This document shows positions 18,090 through 29,186 of a stretch of DNA of 55,512 nt, piece after piece. The position numbers and the translations under genes were made by a program. The number at the start of each line of letters is the position of its first letter. Within the stretch, counting starts at the first letter, position 1. Origin of the DNA: Catajapyx aquilonaris (taxonomy: Eukaryota); NCBI GenBank assembly GCA_000934665.2, contig KZ538092.1, positions 186,001 to 241,512 of the forward strand, given 5' to 3'. A model generated the notes under the pieces. That model worked only from the letters and a program-made list of their open reading frames with translations. It made no database searches and was not told where the DNA came from.

Positions 18090-19168
18090 AATCTCTACTA
18101 TCTGCAAGTTACACCCATCGAAATATTGCGAGCGACCTTCCTTTCTCCCCCAGAAGGTTGCGCGTTCACCTGCTGTTTAGTAGTCTGAGTTTTTCTGTGT
18201 TCCGATTGTTGCTGTTTACTTTTTTTTTGCCAGGAGGGTAGGAGGAGACCTCGCATGATTCACACGTGAGGGGCTGGATTCATGAATGGGGGTGTATTTA
18301 CCTGTGCTCATTCAGAAAAGAATGAGGAAAGGTTACTCCCAAGTGTGTGTGTGGGGAACAACTTACCCTCGGTTGATGAATCCAACCCCAGTTTGGAATC
18401 ACTGGAATCACTGCCAAACTTTCTATCAGGCTATGAATCAGATGAAAAGGTACAAAACAAAATGGCACGACTGACCATATGCTCAGTTATACCCACAATG
18501 AAAATGTACGCACCTTTATTTCCTATTTTCTCCGGTGGTAGACATCACTTTTTCTATAATACTCTGCTCTTTTAAAGATTAACACATAGGCTATACACTG
18601 GTAAAAGACAATGAACTAACCAAAATCTTGGCTCGTTGCTGCGAGAAGAATAATTATTATTTTTGTAAATAGTTTTTTTTTTGGTAGAAAGTAATGTATA
18701 GAGCTGCTGCTTCTAGTTGACATTCAATGTCAGGTGAACCCGATGCTGGTCACAAAAGTTGCAGGAAGGAATGCGAAGACTGAAGGTCGCCCAATGGAGC
18801 GGTCCAGTTTTTTTGTTGTTGTTGATACCCCCAGCATTTGGAGTTGGGTGTGTGTTGGGCATATATGGGGTTTACTTTTTTTTTCTTTTTTTGTGTGTGT
18901 TTTACAAAAGGAGAGTGTGAGTGTGTGGGCGAAGGCGGTGAGGTTTACACTTTGGAAAATGCGGGACGACTAATAGAGTAATAAAAAAAATGTTGTTTTA
19001 TTTCACAGGACGGAGGCTTAATCACAGTTTAGGATCCTTGAGATTTCCTGTCCAGCCGCAGTTTTTTTTTCCAGGTCCTATTGCAACATTTTAAAGCGAA
19101 GGTCACTAAACGGCCATCCCTAAACCGGGTATTAGTCTTTCCTACTTTTCTATACAAGTTATGCATCT

Positions 19169-21078
19169 TCACCATCTAAAGTATGACTTGAGTGTGATGC
19201 ATGATGGCCCTACGCACTGCTTGCTTTGGTGCAGAGCTGGGCAGTCTTTTCCACCTCTTCTTGACGGTGCTACAATGTCCCTGCTTCTGGACATGCTTCC
19301 AACACCGCATGTGTGGCTGCAAGATGACCAAGGTGACCACTCCGACACGTGGCAGTCACGTGGTCGACCTGAAACATTGTTGCTGGTTTACTGGACTCAA
19401 CAATGTGGAGAGTACTTACGTTTCAATTTCCTTCCACGACGAGGCTTCTTCCGACGAACCACCCACATGTCCTGGGAGTCGTTAATGTCGTTGTAGATGT
19501 CGTTAGGATGGTGTTCCTCATCGTCGACAGCACCGTGGTTATGTTGTATGTGATGGTGGTGGTTGGGACCACCAGCTTGTTGGAACACCCCGCTCAAATA
19601 ATACTCCTTGACTTTAGTGAAATGGAACGCTGCTATTGGAGGCAGCTCTTTCTTATCCGGGTAGAAGAATGAGTTGGCCGGATGTTCCGGGTAGTGAGCG
19701 GTCAGCCTGTAGATATTCTCCTGCGGGTTGGATGGCCAGTTCGGTGCGGTGAAGGTGTACCCTGCGTCTGTCCCTGCGTCTAATGGACCCACGTGGATGA
19801 CCTCCGCGTCCAACCAGTGTCCGTCCTGGCAGAGGTCGAAGCTGTCCACTCCGACGAACCAGTCCGGGGATGGGACGAGTCGGACAGCCAGGGACACCCT
19901 GGAGTGGTTGCTGTCCAGGAAGAACTCAGTCTCTGTCCTTCCAGCACCAGTGGTCACTGGAGGCGCGTTGAACTCGTCGAAAATGCCCAGCTCACCCTGT
20001 GATTGGGCGTCCAGGACGTCCGATTTGCCCGATTCAGCAAATTCCTGAAGGCCTTCAGACGCCGTTTCACCAACCCGAAACAGAGTGTATGAAGTGTCGT
20101 GGGAACGACCTGAAAATGCAAACACATGTCGTAAGGCGCATTCAGCATTCCTCGCTCAGAAGCATCGTTAGAACTCCCAAGTTAGAGGCGTTCTAAGTAC
20201 ATACATACGCTGATTTCATATTATTCGGTGTTGACATTGCAATTTTCTAACAACTGCATCAACCAGAGTGCAAGTGACGTCCTATAGCTCGAAAAATAGC
20301 ATTTCCAGAGGTTGGCCTCGCTTCTAGGATATACAGTTAGAATATTGCAGTATGCACTGTGCTATCCATATCCCTGTACAGTATATAGTGTCACAACCAG
20401 TATTGCGTAGGAGGAAAACGGGAATGCCCAAAGCAAGCACCTGCATATCAAAGGCCTTTGTTTCAGGGTTGCTCGAAAATCACTCCTTCTGCCTACACCT
20501 TTTTTTAAAGCAATGAAATTGGAATGAAGCAAAAGCAATCCAGTGGGGCTCATCCAGGTATACACACACAATGTTGTTTTTCCCTCAGCAGCCAAAAATA
20601 ATATTTCGAGCCGTTTCTGCGAGGTCGACGAGCTATTTTGCGAAATAAATGGCTAGTGCAAAATGTTTCACGCAGGGACAAACTAGTTCCGGGAATAATA
20701 ACGCTGCTTAGGACTGGTGTAGGCGGAAGGGAAAAAAGATGACATGCACTAATCATACCAAAAGGGACGGAATGAGTAATGATATCAGAGCTGAATGTGT
20801 GAGGCCGTTGCCCTTCGAGAGATGCTGCAGCTTTTGAAGGCCACACACCGTGCAGATAAAGGAAGAAGAAAAATCAGCGGAAACTTTCGCTTACCAACTA
20901 GTTTGGACCACTGTGCTGGTGGTCTCCAGAGAGGATACTGCTTCGGGAACCTCTCTTCTGTCCACATGGTCTTCAGGACCACCCGGTACACGCTGAGGGC
21001 ATCGGGTTGGCAGCCTCTTTTGCACTCGGAGAGGTAAAGCACAGTCAGAAGGAACCAGAGGACACGGAGGCAGCACAT
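19169..21078 (-). CDS. SPON2: Spondin-2/mindin-like protein, paralogue 2
   Basis: Exons 21078-20895, 20109-19420, 19368-19169. Signal peptide, [44 protein letters not shown] and TSP1 DCHVSEWSPWSSCSHTCG; ends SYFRW*, like SYFKW* in paralogue 1. Confidence 0.92.
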
Positions 21079-22688
21079 GGTTGCGGAGGAACCTGCGGTC
21101 TAATGAGCTGAAGAACTCAGTTTCTTCAGGGGGTTGTCCTTTCCAAGCTTGTGTGTGTGTGTGAGTCTGTGTGCTTCTTTTGCTCCCACGCCAACACGTT
21201 GCCATACTGTAGCTTTGTTGCCAAATCCTATCATATAATTATAGATTTTTGAAAACAATCCGGTACCAATCGACTCCCTCGGTTGATCAAAACGATGTGA
21301 TTGTTGCACAATTTTTGGGAAATATAAATGACGGTTCGTGCCACGTTTTATTATAATTTGGACAAGTTATATGACATTTGGGCTGAGAAATTGCAGCAGT
21401 ACTAATTTCAAGTTCCGCCTTTTGGTAAACCGCTTCCGGATATTTGAAAAGTGACGTAGTTTCATTTTACAAGGCCATTGCTCGAATGAGCTCCAGGACA
21501 AGTCCATTGCCGTGAAGTGAACAGCTTTATGATGTGGCGACATCGCTGACACCTTGGCTGGGCTTGAGGTCAAAAGAAAACGGAATAATAATTCCGCGAG
21601 TGGGTTTGAGTCGATGGCCAAATTAAGGCGGCGGCGGCTTCTATAGTTCTGAAAGGAAGCTGCTTCTTATATGCTCAGTGTGTTTGAATGGAGGTCAGCA
21701 GAGCGGCGCCATGCCCTGCCCTGCCTTCTATTATTGTATCTGCACCATTATTGTGATGTGCGGGGGCAGACAAACAATCGGCCTCGGATCAAATCGGGTT
21801 AAGAGAGCGCAGGCCCCTCTCTCCCTGTGTTTTTGGTGGGTTGCGACCCTTTTGATCGCTTCCGACCAATGCAAGGCCATGGGAGGGCTCGGCCGCATAA
21901 ACTGGAGGTCACAGTTTGCGTATATGCCGACAACCACGGTCAAGGCCCATTTGGTCGTATTTCCATCAGAGGAACATTCATCCATTCACCTACTCCCTTA
22001 GATTGTCTTTCGTCGGGAGTTCTGATGGGATTAGGGCAAGGTTATAGGTCAACAGATTACACAAGAGAGAGACTGCGACGGAGCAGCCTGCTGTTTAAAT
22101 GCTCGTTCCGTCTTTTTGATGCCAATTCTCGTGTTTTTGTCTGGATGAAGGCAGAACATATGATTAGGCTTTTACTTGTGCTGAAAATCAGCTAGATATG
22201 ACTTTTGTAAAGTTGTACCTTATGGTTGCACCTTCCTGTCAAATATTATAGGCCTACATTATTGAACACTTTGCCAGGAATGCCGTTTAAATATTATATG
22301 ATCAATACTAGGTGAGATTTTATGTTCAGAATTCCGTTTATCAAAACCATTGAATGGTTTTCATAAACGGAATTCAGCGCAAACATCGGTATATCATCAC
22401 CATATTTTCTGGTTATCTTATTTATATTAGTTATTTACAAAAAGACCACATTTCATCGAGTGTTATACGGTATATTTCTATTTTGTGTACATGGCAAATA
22501 TCTGAAATATGCTACATAGTTATGTTCATACTTGAAATTTGCATTTTTACATAACATGTTAACTTATGTGTCGAGAATATTCTATAAGGCTTCTATAAGG
22601 CTTCAGTGTACAATATATTATGTTCATGTCATGTTACAATTAAACGTTGTCTTGCAGTATCCTTATCCATCGCACCCACAATTTCAGC

Positions 22689-23308
22689 TTACGTAGGAGC
22701 CGCAGTTGTAGTTGCAGCTGTAGTTGCAGCTGAGAACATGTGAAAAAATTATGTTAGGACACTCGCAATTATTTTGATGGCATTACTTTGAATAGCGTTA
22801 TTCACAATGCAAGCATGTGCCGTGGCCAAGTCACTTACTTGTTAGCTTAATTTTGCAACTAAAATTCATTCTTGACCCAATTATGTAAAATTGCATTGGT
22901 ATATGCTTACCTGTGGTCGTTGCGGCAGTGGTGGTGGGACAAGCGACTGGAATGCAATACTTCCAGATAATCAAGCATCTGCACTCAACGCAACGGCCAT
23001 TGGCAGGGCAGAAAACTAGATCGTTCTCCCCAGGTGCGACAAAACCAAAACTTCTTCCTGAAATTAGACAAAATCCACAGCATTTATATGATACGGATCC
23101 TAGACGACACGAGATGAGATCTCTCCATGTTTGTTGCCCTACATGCAAGGCGGGACATTTAGTTTTTTAAAAAACCCAAATTATCTGAATCGCGATATCA
23201 CTTACCAATAGCGCAACCAAATGGACTCAGATCTACGCGGAAGCCAATCAAGCCATGGGCCACGTTCATGGCCACCAGGACGGTCACCAGGAAAAGAGCA
23301 GCCTTCAT
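22689..23308 (-). CDS. Small secreted cysteine-rich peptide A (96 aa; half-VWC-like module plus Thr/Ala tail)
   Basis: Exons 23308-23206, 23057-22911, 22729-22689 splice in frame to MKAALFLVTVLVAMNVAHG-LIGFRVDLSPFGCAIGRSFGFVAPGENDLVFCPANGRCVECRCLIIWKYCIPVACPTTTAATTTAATTAATTTAAPT*. The paralogue has the same exon structure. A non-coding first exon probably ends at 23560. Confidence 0.85.
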
Positions 23309-23623
23309 CCTGTCGTCTCTTGTGCAAAGGTGTAATGTAGACTCCTGCCTTCAGGTACATAAAATGTAAGGGCAAAGTTAGAGAAAATGAAAAATGATAG
23401 TAGCTGAAAATTAATATACAGTATTACTCATTTCTTAGGGAACTGAGTCAGGTGGTTCTGTTTCTGTAACAGAAACCATAGCCAAAAATTGTGTGAAATA
23501 GGGTATGTTTGAAAATACCCAAAGGCCATAGGAGTCTATAAAAATGAAGTAGTACTTACTTGAATGTTTCTAGCGGAGATATTGCTAGTGGAGCAGTGTA
23601 AGGAGTGTCTGAGGAGACCTCGC

Positions 23624-23630
23624 TTATATA
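23624..23630 (-). promoter_or_regulatory. TATA box of peptide gene A
   Basis: TATATAA on the - strand, upstream of a short putative non-coding exon that ends in a GTAAGT donor. Confidence 0.55.
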
Positions 23631-24150
23631 CACCCGAATTCGACTATAACTGAACTGTATGTTGTTATTTTTTTCTGCGTAAAAGTATTATTATTGTTGA
23701 AGTAACATGTGAAACGTCGTTGCGTAATGACAGTAACACAGCTTTTGTTGCAGGATTGATGGAATAATACACTGGACATGTCTATCGCAAGGCGTGCAAA
23801 GTCTTTACTATTGCAGCTGTCATATTGTTAACTTACGAGTGGATTTGAAGGGAGAGTAGTTATTACATCAGCTCTATCACAATTAATGAATGGGCCAGAA
23901 ATGTGCACTTGGACGTGCAGAAATGTTATGAATAACGTATGATGCTAAGCATGTTGCATATGTTTACAACAGCATTTCGGCGTAAGTGGCAAGTAAAACG
24001 AATTGAAAGATCGTTATGCAAGCGGTCAATATTGCACACTTACGTCGTAAATACGAAACAAGTTGCGAAATGTATATGTTTACAGTATGTTTATGTTATG
24101 TTAGAATATTAAACGTTGTCTTGCAGCATCCTTGTCCATCGCACATCAGC

Positions 24151-24751
24151 TTACGAAGAAGCAGGTGCATTGGCTGTGAACACGAGAAACCAGAAACTAA
24201 AATCAGACATCGTCCAATACTCAATTTGCTGCATGCCTGCGCTTTAATAATACCGACATAAAAATTATGTGCAACTTAACGAAATTTTGGCAGACAGTGA
24301 GTATGACATAAATAATTTTGCACGATATATATTGTTCCTACTTGTAGTAGTCGTTCCGTTATTGGTGGGGCAAGCAGCTGGAAGGCAATACTTCCAGATA
24401 ATCCAGCATCTGCATTCAACGCAACGACCATTGGCAGGGCAGAAAATGAGATCGTTCTTTCCAGGTCGGACAAAACCTAAAGTTCTCCCTGAAATTAAAC
24501 AAAATCATGGGAGACATTAATATAACCTGCAGCATTTATTATAGGATCCTATAGACACCAGATTGTTTGTCGCACTACACACTGTATAATGTATGTATCG
24601 CAGGAAATGCAGTTTTAAAAGACAATAATTATTTCTACTTACCAATAGTGCAACCAATTTGGCTCAGATCCATGCTGCGGAAGCCGCATAGTAAGCCATA
24701 GGCCACATTCATAGTCACCAGGATGGTCACGAGGAAAAGAGCAGCCTTCAT
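24151..24751 (-). CDS. Small secreted cysteine-rich peptide B (92 aa), tandem paralogue of A
   Basis: Exons 24751-24643, 24488-24342, 24173-24151 give MKAALFLVTILVTMNVAYG-LLCGFRSMDLSQIGCTIGRTLGFVRPGKNDLIFCPANGRCVECRCWIIWKYCLPAACPTNNGTTTTTNAPASS*. Same intron phases and same 147-nt middle exon as gene A. Confidence 0.85.
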
Positions 24752-25447
24752 CCTATCGTGTCTTGTGCTAGGGTCAAATGCAGACTATATGTGCAAGTGT
24801 TACGTCCTATACAAAACAAAAAGGTACAGAAGCAATAACGAGTTACGGCAACAATAGTTTTATAGCTGCTTTGCATTTATGGGCGTTCATTAGCAATGGA
24901 GCTCTTCCTGTCATAATCGTTAACTTTCACTGTCCTTCCAGGTCGTCATGCTGTGAATTCCTCGGTTTGCATGCAGCTTATTATGTGACATCTGAGCATT
25001 TTCTGTATCAGATTTTGTGGCTGAAAAAATGTTGCCGTGAATGGATAAATGTAATATATTTACAGTATTGCGTCTCCAGGCATCTGTGGTGTATCGGGCC
25101 TTGCGATGTATAGTAATGTGCAGGTAATTTTGAGACTTAATGCCAAGGCGTGGATAATGTCCCATAAAGTAATATTATTACTGGATATGCGTAAGCAGCT
25201 TTTAAGTATTTTACGATGGACGTCATATTGTCGGACATCAAGGTTAGGATCTGACGTGATATGCATACCAATGTATAGTACAAACTGAGCGAGCGTTGTC
25301 CTATGCTGACCCCGGAGATTTGAAAGTCGGCAGGTCATCGGGATCAAGAGGCCAAATAAGATAGCACGAATTCTCCAAAAAAAAGGACGAGCTGAAAAAT
25401 ATTTATTTGTGCAACTGTATACAGAACCAAAGCGCGATCAGTAATCA

Positions 25448-26640
25448 TTAATCAAGGTACACTGTCAGCTTGATAACCATCGAGTCATCTCGTAGAAACT
25501 CTCTTGACTTAATGACCTCGTGAGGGAAGCCCAATCCGACGCACTCGTAGTTATCTCCGGAGACAGGTCGACGCCAGTTCCAAGCACTGCATAGTTCTGT
25601 TGGGTCCCATACCCTTGAAGCAATGTCCTGAGCGTGTTCAGAGCTCTGGTCCAAAACGTTGATCTTGTGTCGAAGCTTGAAAGGCCACTCAAGTTTGTCG
25701 TCAAAGTCACCTTTGGTCAGACCCACGTGAACGTAAATGTTCTTTTCGTTCTGAAGGAAAATAACACACATGTTGAATTTGCATGTGTATGAAGTGCATG
25801 TATAACACAGACCTGTCTAGGATAGAGTCTCAGGTACATCCTGTATCCTTCTGGAAACACATAGAAGCTGTGACTACGTAGGCTTCGTCTCTGTCCCCAT
25901 CCTGTCATCTTGTAGTCCATGTCACCGATACGCCAATAGTACGAAAATGCTCTGGTCTTACCGTCCACAGTGTATATGGTGCTGTTGTACTGCGACATTT
26001 CTTCTTCTCGAGGGTTCCAATCACCCGAATCACCGTTGCTGAAATACCTGCCACGGCGGACACCATTAAGTTCAAATAAAAAAAGCACTTGAAACATGTG
26101 CAGCGTACCCGTTGGGTTCCTCAAAAATTGCGGAATCGGCGACACCATTACCACCTCCGTTACCAGCACCTGCATTTCCAGCAGCCCCGCCGCCAAAATT
26201 GTTCTTGAGGAAGGTCATGAGTGACCCCAGAAGACGCCTGTGCTGCCTCTTCAACTGGGCCTCCTGACCAGCCAGCTTGTCCTCCAAGTTGAGGATCATG
26301 GTCTTGAGGACATTCAGCTGATCCGCCAGCTGGGTCTCCAGGTTGTGGAATCGATTCTCGATCTGACCTGCAACATTTGACCTTATTCGAGTTGGTGACC
26401 CCGATGTTGCGACTCACTTGGATTGCAGACTCCTTGAAGGACTCTAGAAGCAGTGGCCTGAGCAGTGGCCATCAGGTCCTCGGTTGATATGTGACACATG
26501 GAATACTGGACGTCCGTGGCACCATCAGCGTTCCTTATCACCTCATCCAGGGTGTCCTGCACTTTCTCCCATGCCCTCTGCCTCTGGGCCGCCCCTAGGG
26601 CCAACACGGCCAAGACGCACCAGCTCAGCTTCCAAACCAT
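25448..26640 (-). CDS. Signal peptide + coiled coil + Gly linker + MATH (TRAF-C/meprin-type) domain protein, 339 aa
   Basis: Exons 26640-26418, 26367-26109, 26047-25813, 25750-25448 (1020 nt, in frame). MATH hallmarks YYWRI, SHSFY..EGYRMYLRLYP, GDFDDKLEWPF, VLDQ, FLRDDSMVIKLTV. AATAAA at 25402-25407 (-). Confidence 0.88.
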
Positions 26641-26752
26641 CTCTCGACTCTGATAAGACCTCTTTGCGAACCGAAGAACCAATCAGGACGACCTTTGACC
26701 TCAGCGTCAAAGATTCCATTCAGGTGACGTAACATCTTTCGCTATATTAATG

Positions 26753-26759
26753 TTTTATA
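26753..26759 (-). promoter_or_regulatory. TATA box of the MATH-domain gene
   Basis: TATAAAA on the - strand about 113 bp upstream of the ATG at 26640. Confidence 0.55.
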
Positions 26760-26908
26760 TCCCTTCATATTAGGATAAACTAGTGAACCCTTTGCCAAAA
26801 TTTGGCAAATGATAGTGACAATCAAACATTTTTAATGAGATCGCCCACCGATTTATCACGTATTACTATTCTTCGTGCACAGATGGCGCATACTTCCTCT
26901 GCACACTC

Positions 26909-26997
26909 CTGCCACCCTCAGGTCGTGCGAGAGATAGCGATACTATCAGCTCGGACAAACATCCGACGGAGAGAATAAGCATATTAGGAAAAAGATG
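26909..26997. repeat. Dispersed ~90-bp repeat, copy 2
   Basis: Aligns by eye to 17777-17864. Confidence 0.8.
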
Positions 26998-27078
26998 AGT
27001 AACACCAGGTAGTACAGTCCATCCTCATTTATTCATTTATACATGCCCACGGGCATCACGTCGCTCAGAGTATATTGG

Positions 27079-27081
<3 letters not shown>

Positions 27082-27158
<77 letters not shown>
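27082..27158. repeat. (TAA)~25 microsatellite with one TGA interruption
   Basis: Direct read; it produces the spurious poly-Tyr ORF in the track. Confidence 0.97.
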
Positions 27159-29186
27159 GCAATTATGTTTCTTCACACAATAGATGCGAGGCGAAGGTAA
27201 AAACCAATCGACGTGATCTTTCCCGAATGTTTTGAACAACATTGCATTCTGGACTGTGTAGCACCAGGAACAGCAGACAAAAAAAGGGGGAGGCCACAAG
27301 GGTGACAAAAAAAACACACTTTAATCGACATTTTCTTTAACGAGGTTTGGTATTTCTAGCAGTTAGTACAGGTAGCAGCGATGAAAATAACATGAGTACA
27401 GTTTGGGCTTCGGGGGGTGGGTGGGGAAGATTTGCGAGTTTAGTATTTAGTACATTAGTTTTGGCTTAGAAAATTGGCGGACTTATTTTGGCTCGGATTG
27501 TCCTTGCTAGCGGCATTTATTTTTAAAAAAGAGAGAGAGAGAACAAGAGAGTGAGATATGAGTAAAAGAATAACAACACAAGGCCCACTGAATAAATTGT
27601 CACCTTCCCACACACACAAACCCGTTGCCCATTTTTATAGGTCACTACTGTTTCGTGGACAATGTCACGATTCTGAGTATTGGAAGATCCTGTCGCACAA
27701 TTGCGAGGGATATAATTGAGGGTGAAACATAAAATATTTGCTGCTGCATTAACACATTAACACTTAAGGACAGTTAACAAATGTGAGCACTGGAATTCGC
27801 CACAAACAATGGCGAGGGTTCCAATAATCGTGCATTACTTTTGTTACTATTCCTGAAATACAATGCGATTATCTGGCACGTCGGTGCAAACAATTAAAGA
27901 CAAACTCCTATAACTTTACAATCACGACTGCTTTTTTAAAAAATTTCCCTTCTGGCATAATTATTTTTAAAAGGGAGAGTTCACCCTTTTTTTTCCACCT
28001 TTGGCCATCACAGCTTTGGGAAATAAAGCGTTGGCTTTGATATGCGACATCGTGTTTTGAGCTGACCTTTCCGCTTATGAGTGCTGAGGATGTGTGCTCG
28101 GGGGGGTCAGTATAATATATTTTTTGGTCACTTGGGCGCGGAGAGGTTATTGGCTGGGTATTGGTCGGAAATCGGAATACATTTTACCAACTTGTGAATC
28201 CAGCAATATGAAACAGACTAGAACCAGCAGACCTCAAAGCGCAAAAAAACGCCAATTTTCCTCGTCACCCGAGAAAAAGAGGCAATTTAGTATCAATACT
28301 GCAGCAGTACCAGTCCCGTGATAAGCAAAAAAAAAAAATACAGCGGGGTGAATTGCAAAACCAGAAAATAGTGTCCTATAGGAAAAGTTACATTCGTATA
28401 TGAATGCGACAAGTAAAGTACGGTAATAATAATATCGCAACAACTGTGTCTTGTGTTTCAGGCGTGGCAAACCGGTTTTATCTGTTTAAAAAAAGGACGG
28501 GTTAATTTTTTTTTCCACCCAGATCAGTACAAATGCATGCAAAGTCACATTTCGGGAAAAAGCATTTGCGATGAAGGCAGAGAAAGCGCATTTTATATGC
28601 ACAGAGAAAATGTGCTATACACACCTCAGAAAAGGTTAGTCAAAAATTCCATTAATGTCTGAAATATAGCTCCTTGAAAGGTTTTAGTCATATTTTACTA
28701 ACATTTTCTGAGAGTGTAATTTTGGCGGGAAATTGTGTCTCGTTTTAGCTTTGCTCGGGGTCATTTAATCCACCAAAAAATTACACACACACACAAAAAA
28801 CGTGATGTTAAAAATACAGATGTGCACTTTAGGTGCATGAACCTCATCGAACAAAACTATAGTGTCGGGAGACCAGGAAAAAAATTGCCAACTCCTTATT
28901 TTGCGAGGGAAAGTTGTAATCATGAATCATCACAACCGTCGTGAGCAACAGCAACAGCAGCACATGAGTAGTTACACATAATATTACAGAGCATAGCTTT
29001 TTTCAATATAATAATTATCTTGCAGGCTACGGCAGCACAGTATGTTCACAACCCTGTAGTGAATGTGAGATATTATTATAGAAAGTTACAGCTGGATGTC
29101 GCATATCTACGAGTATCACAGCGATTTTTTGGGGGGTAGGTCGCATATCACGCACGCATATTCCAACACACTCACACACAAATGGG

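Noticed and set aside
27081..27317. Poly-Tyr ORF
   Set aside because: Translation of the (TAA)n microsatellite.
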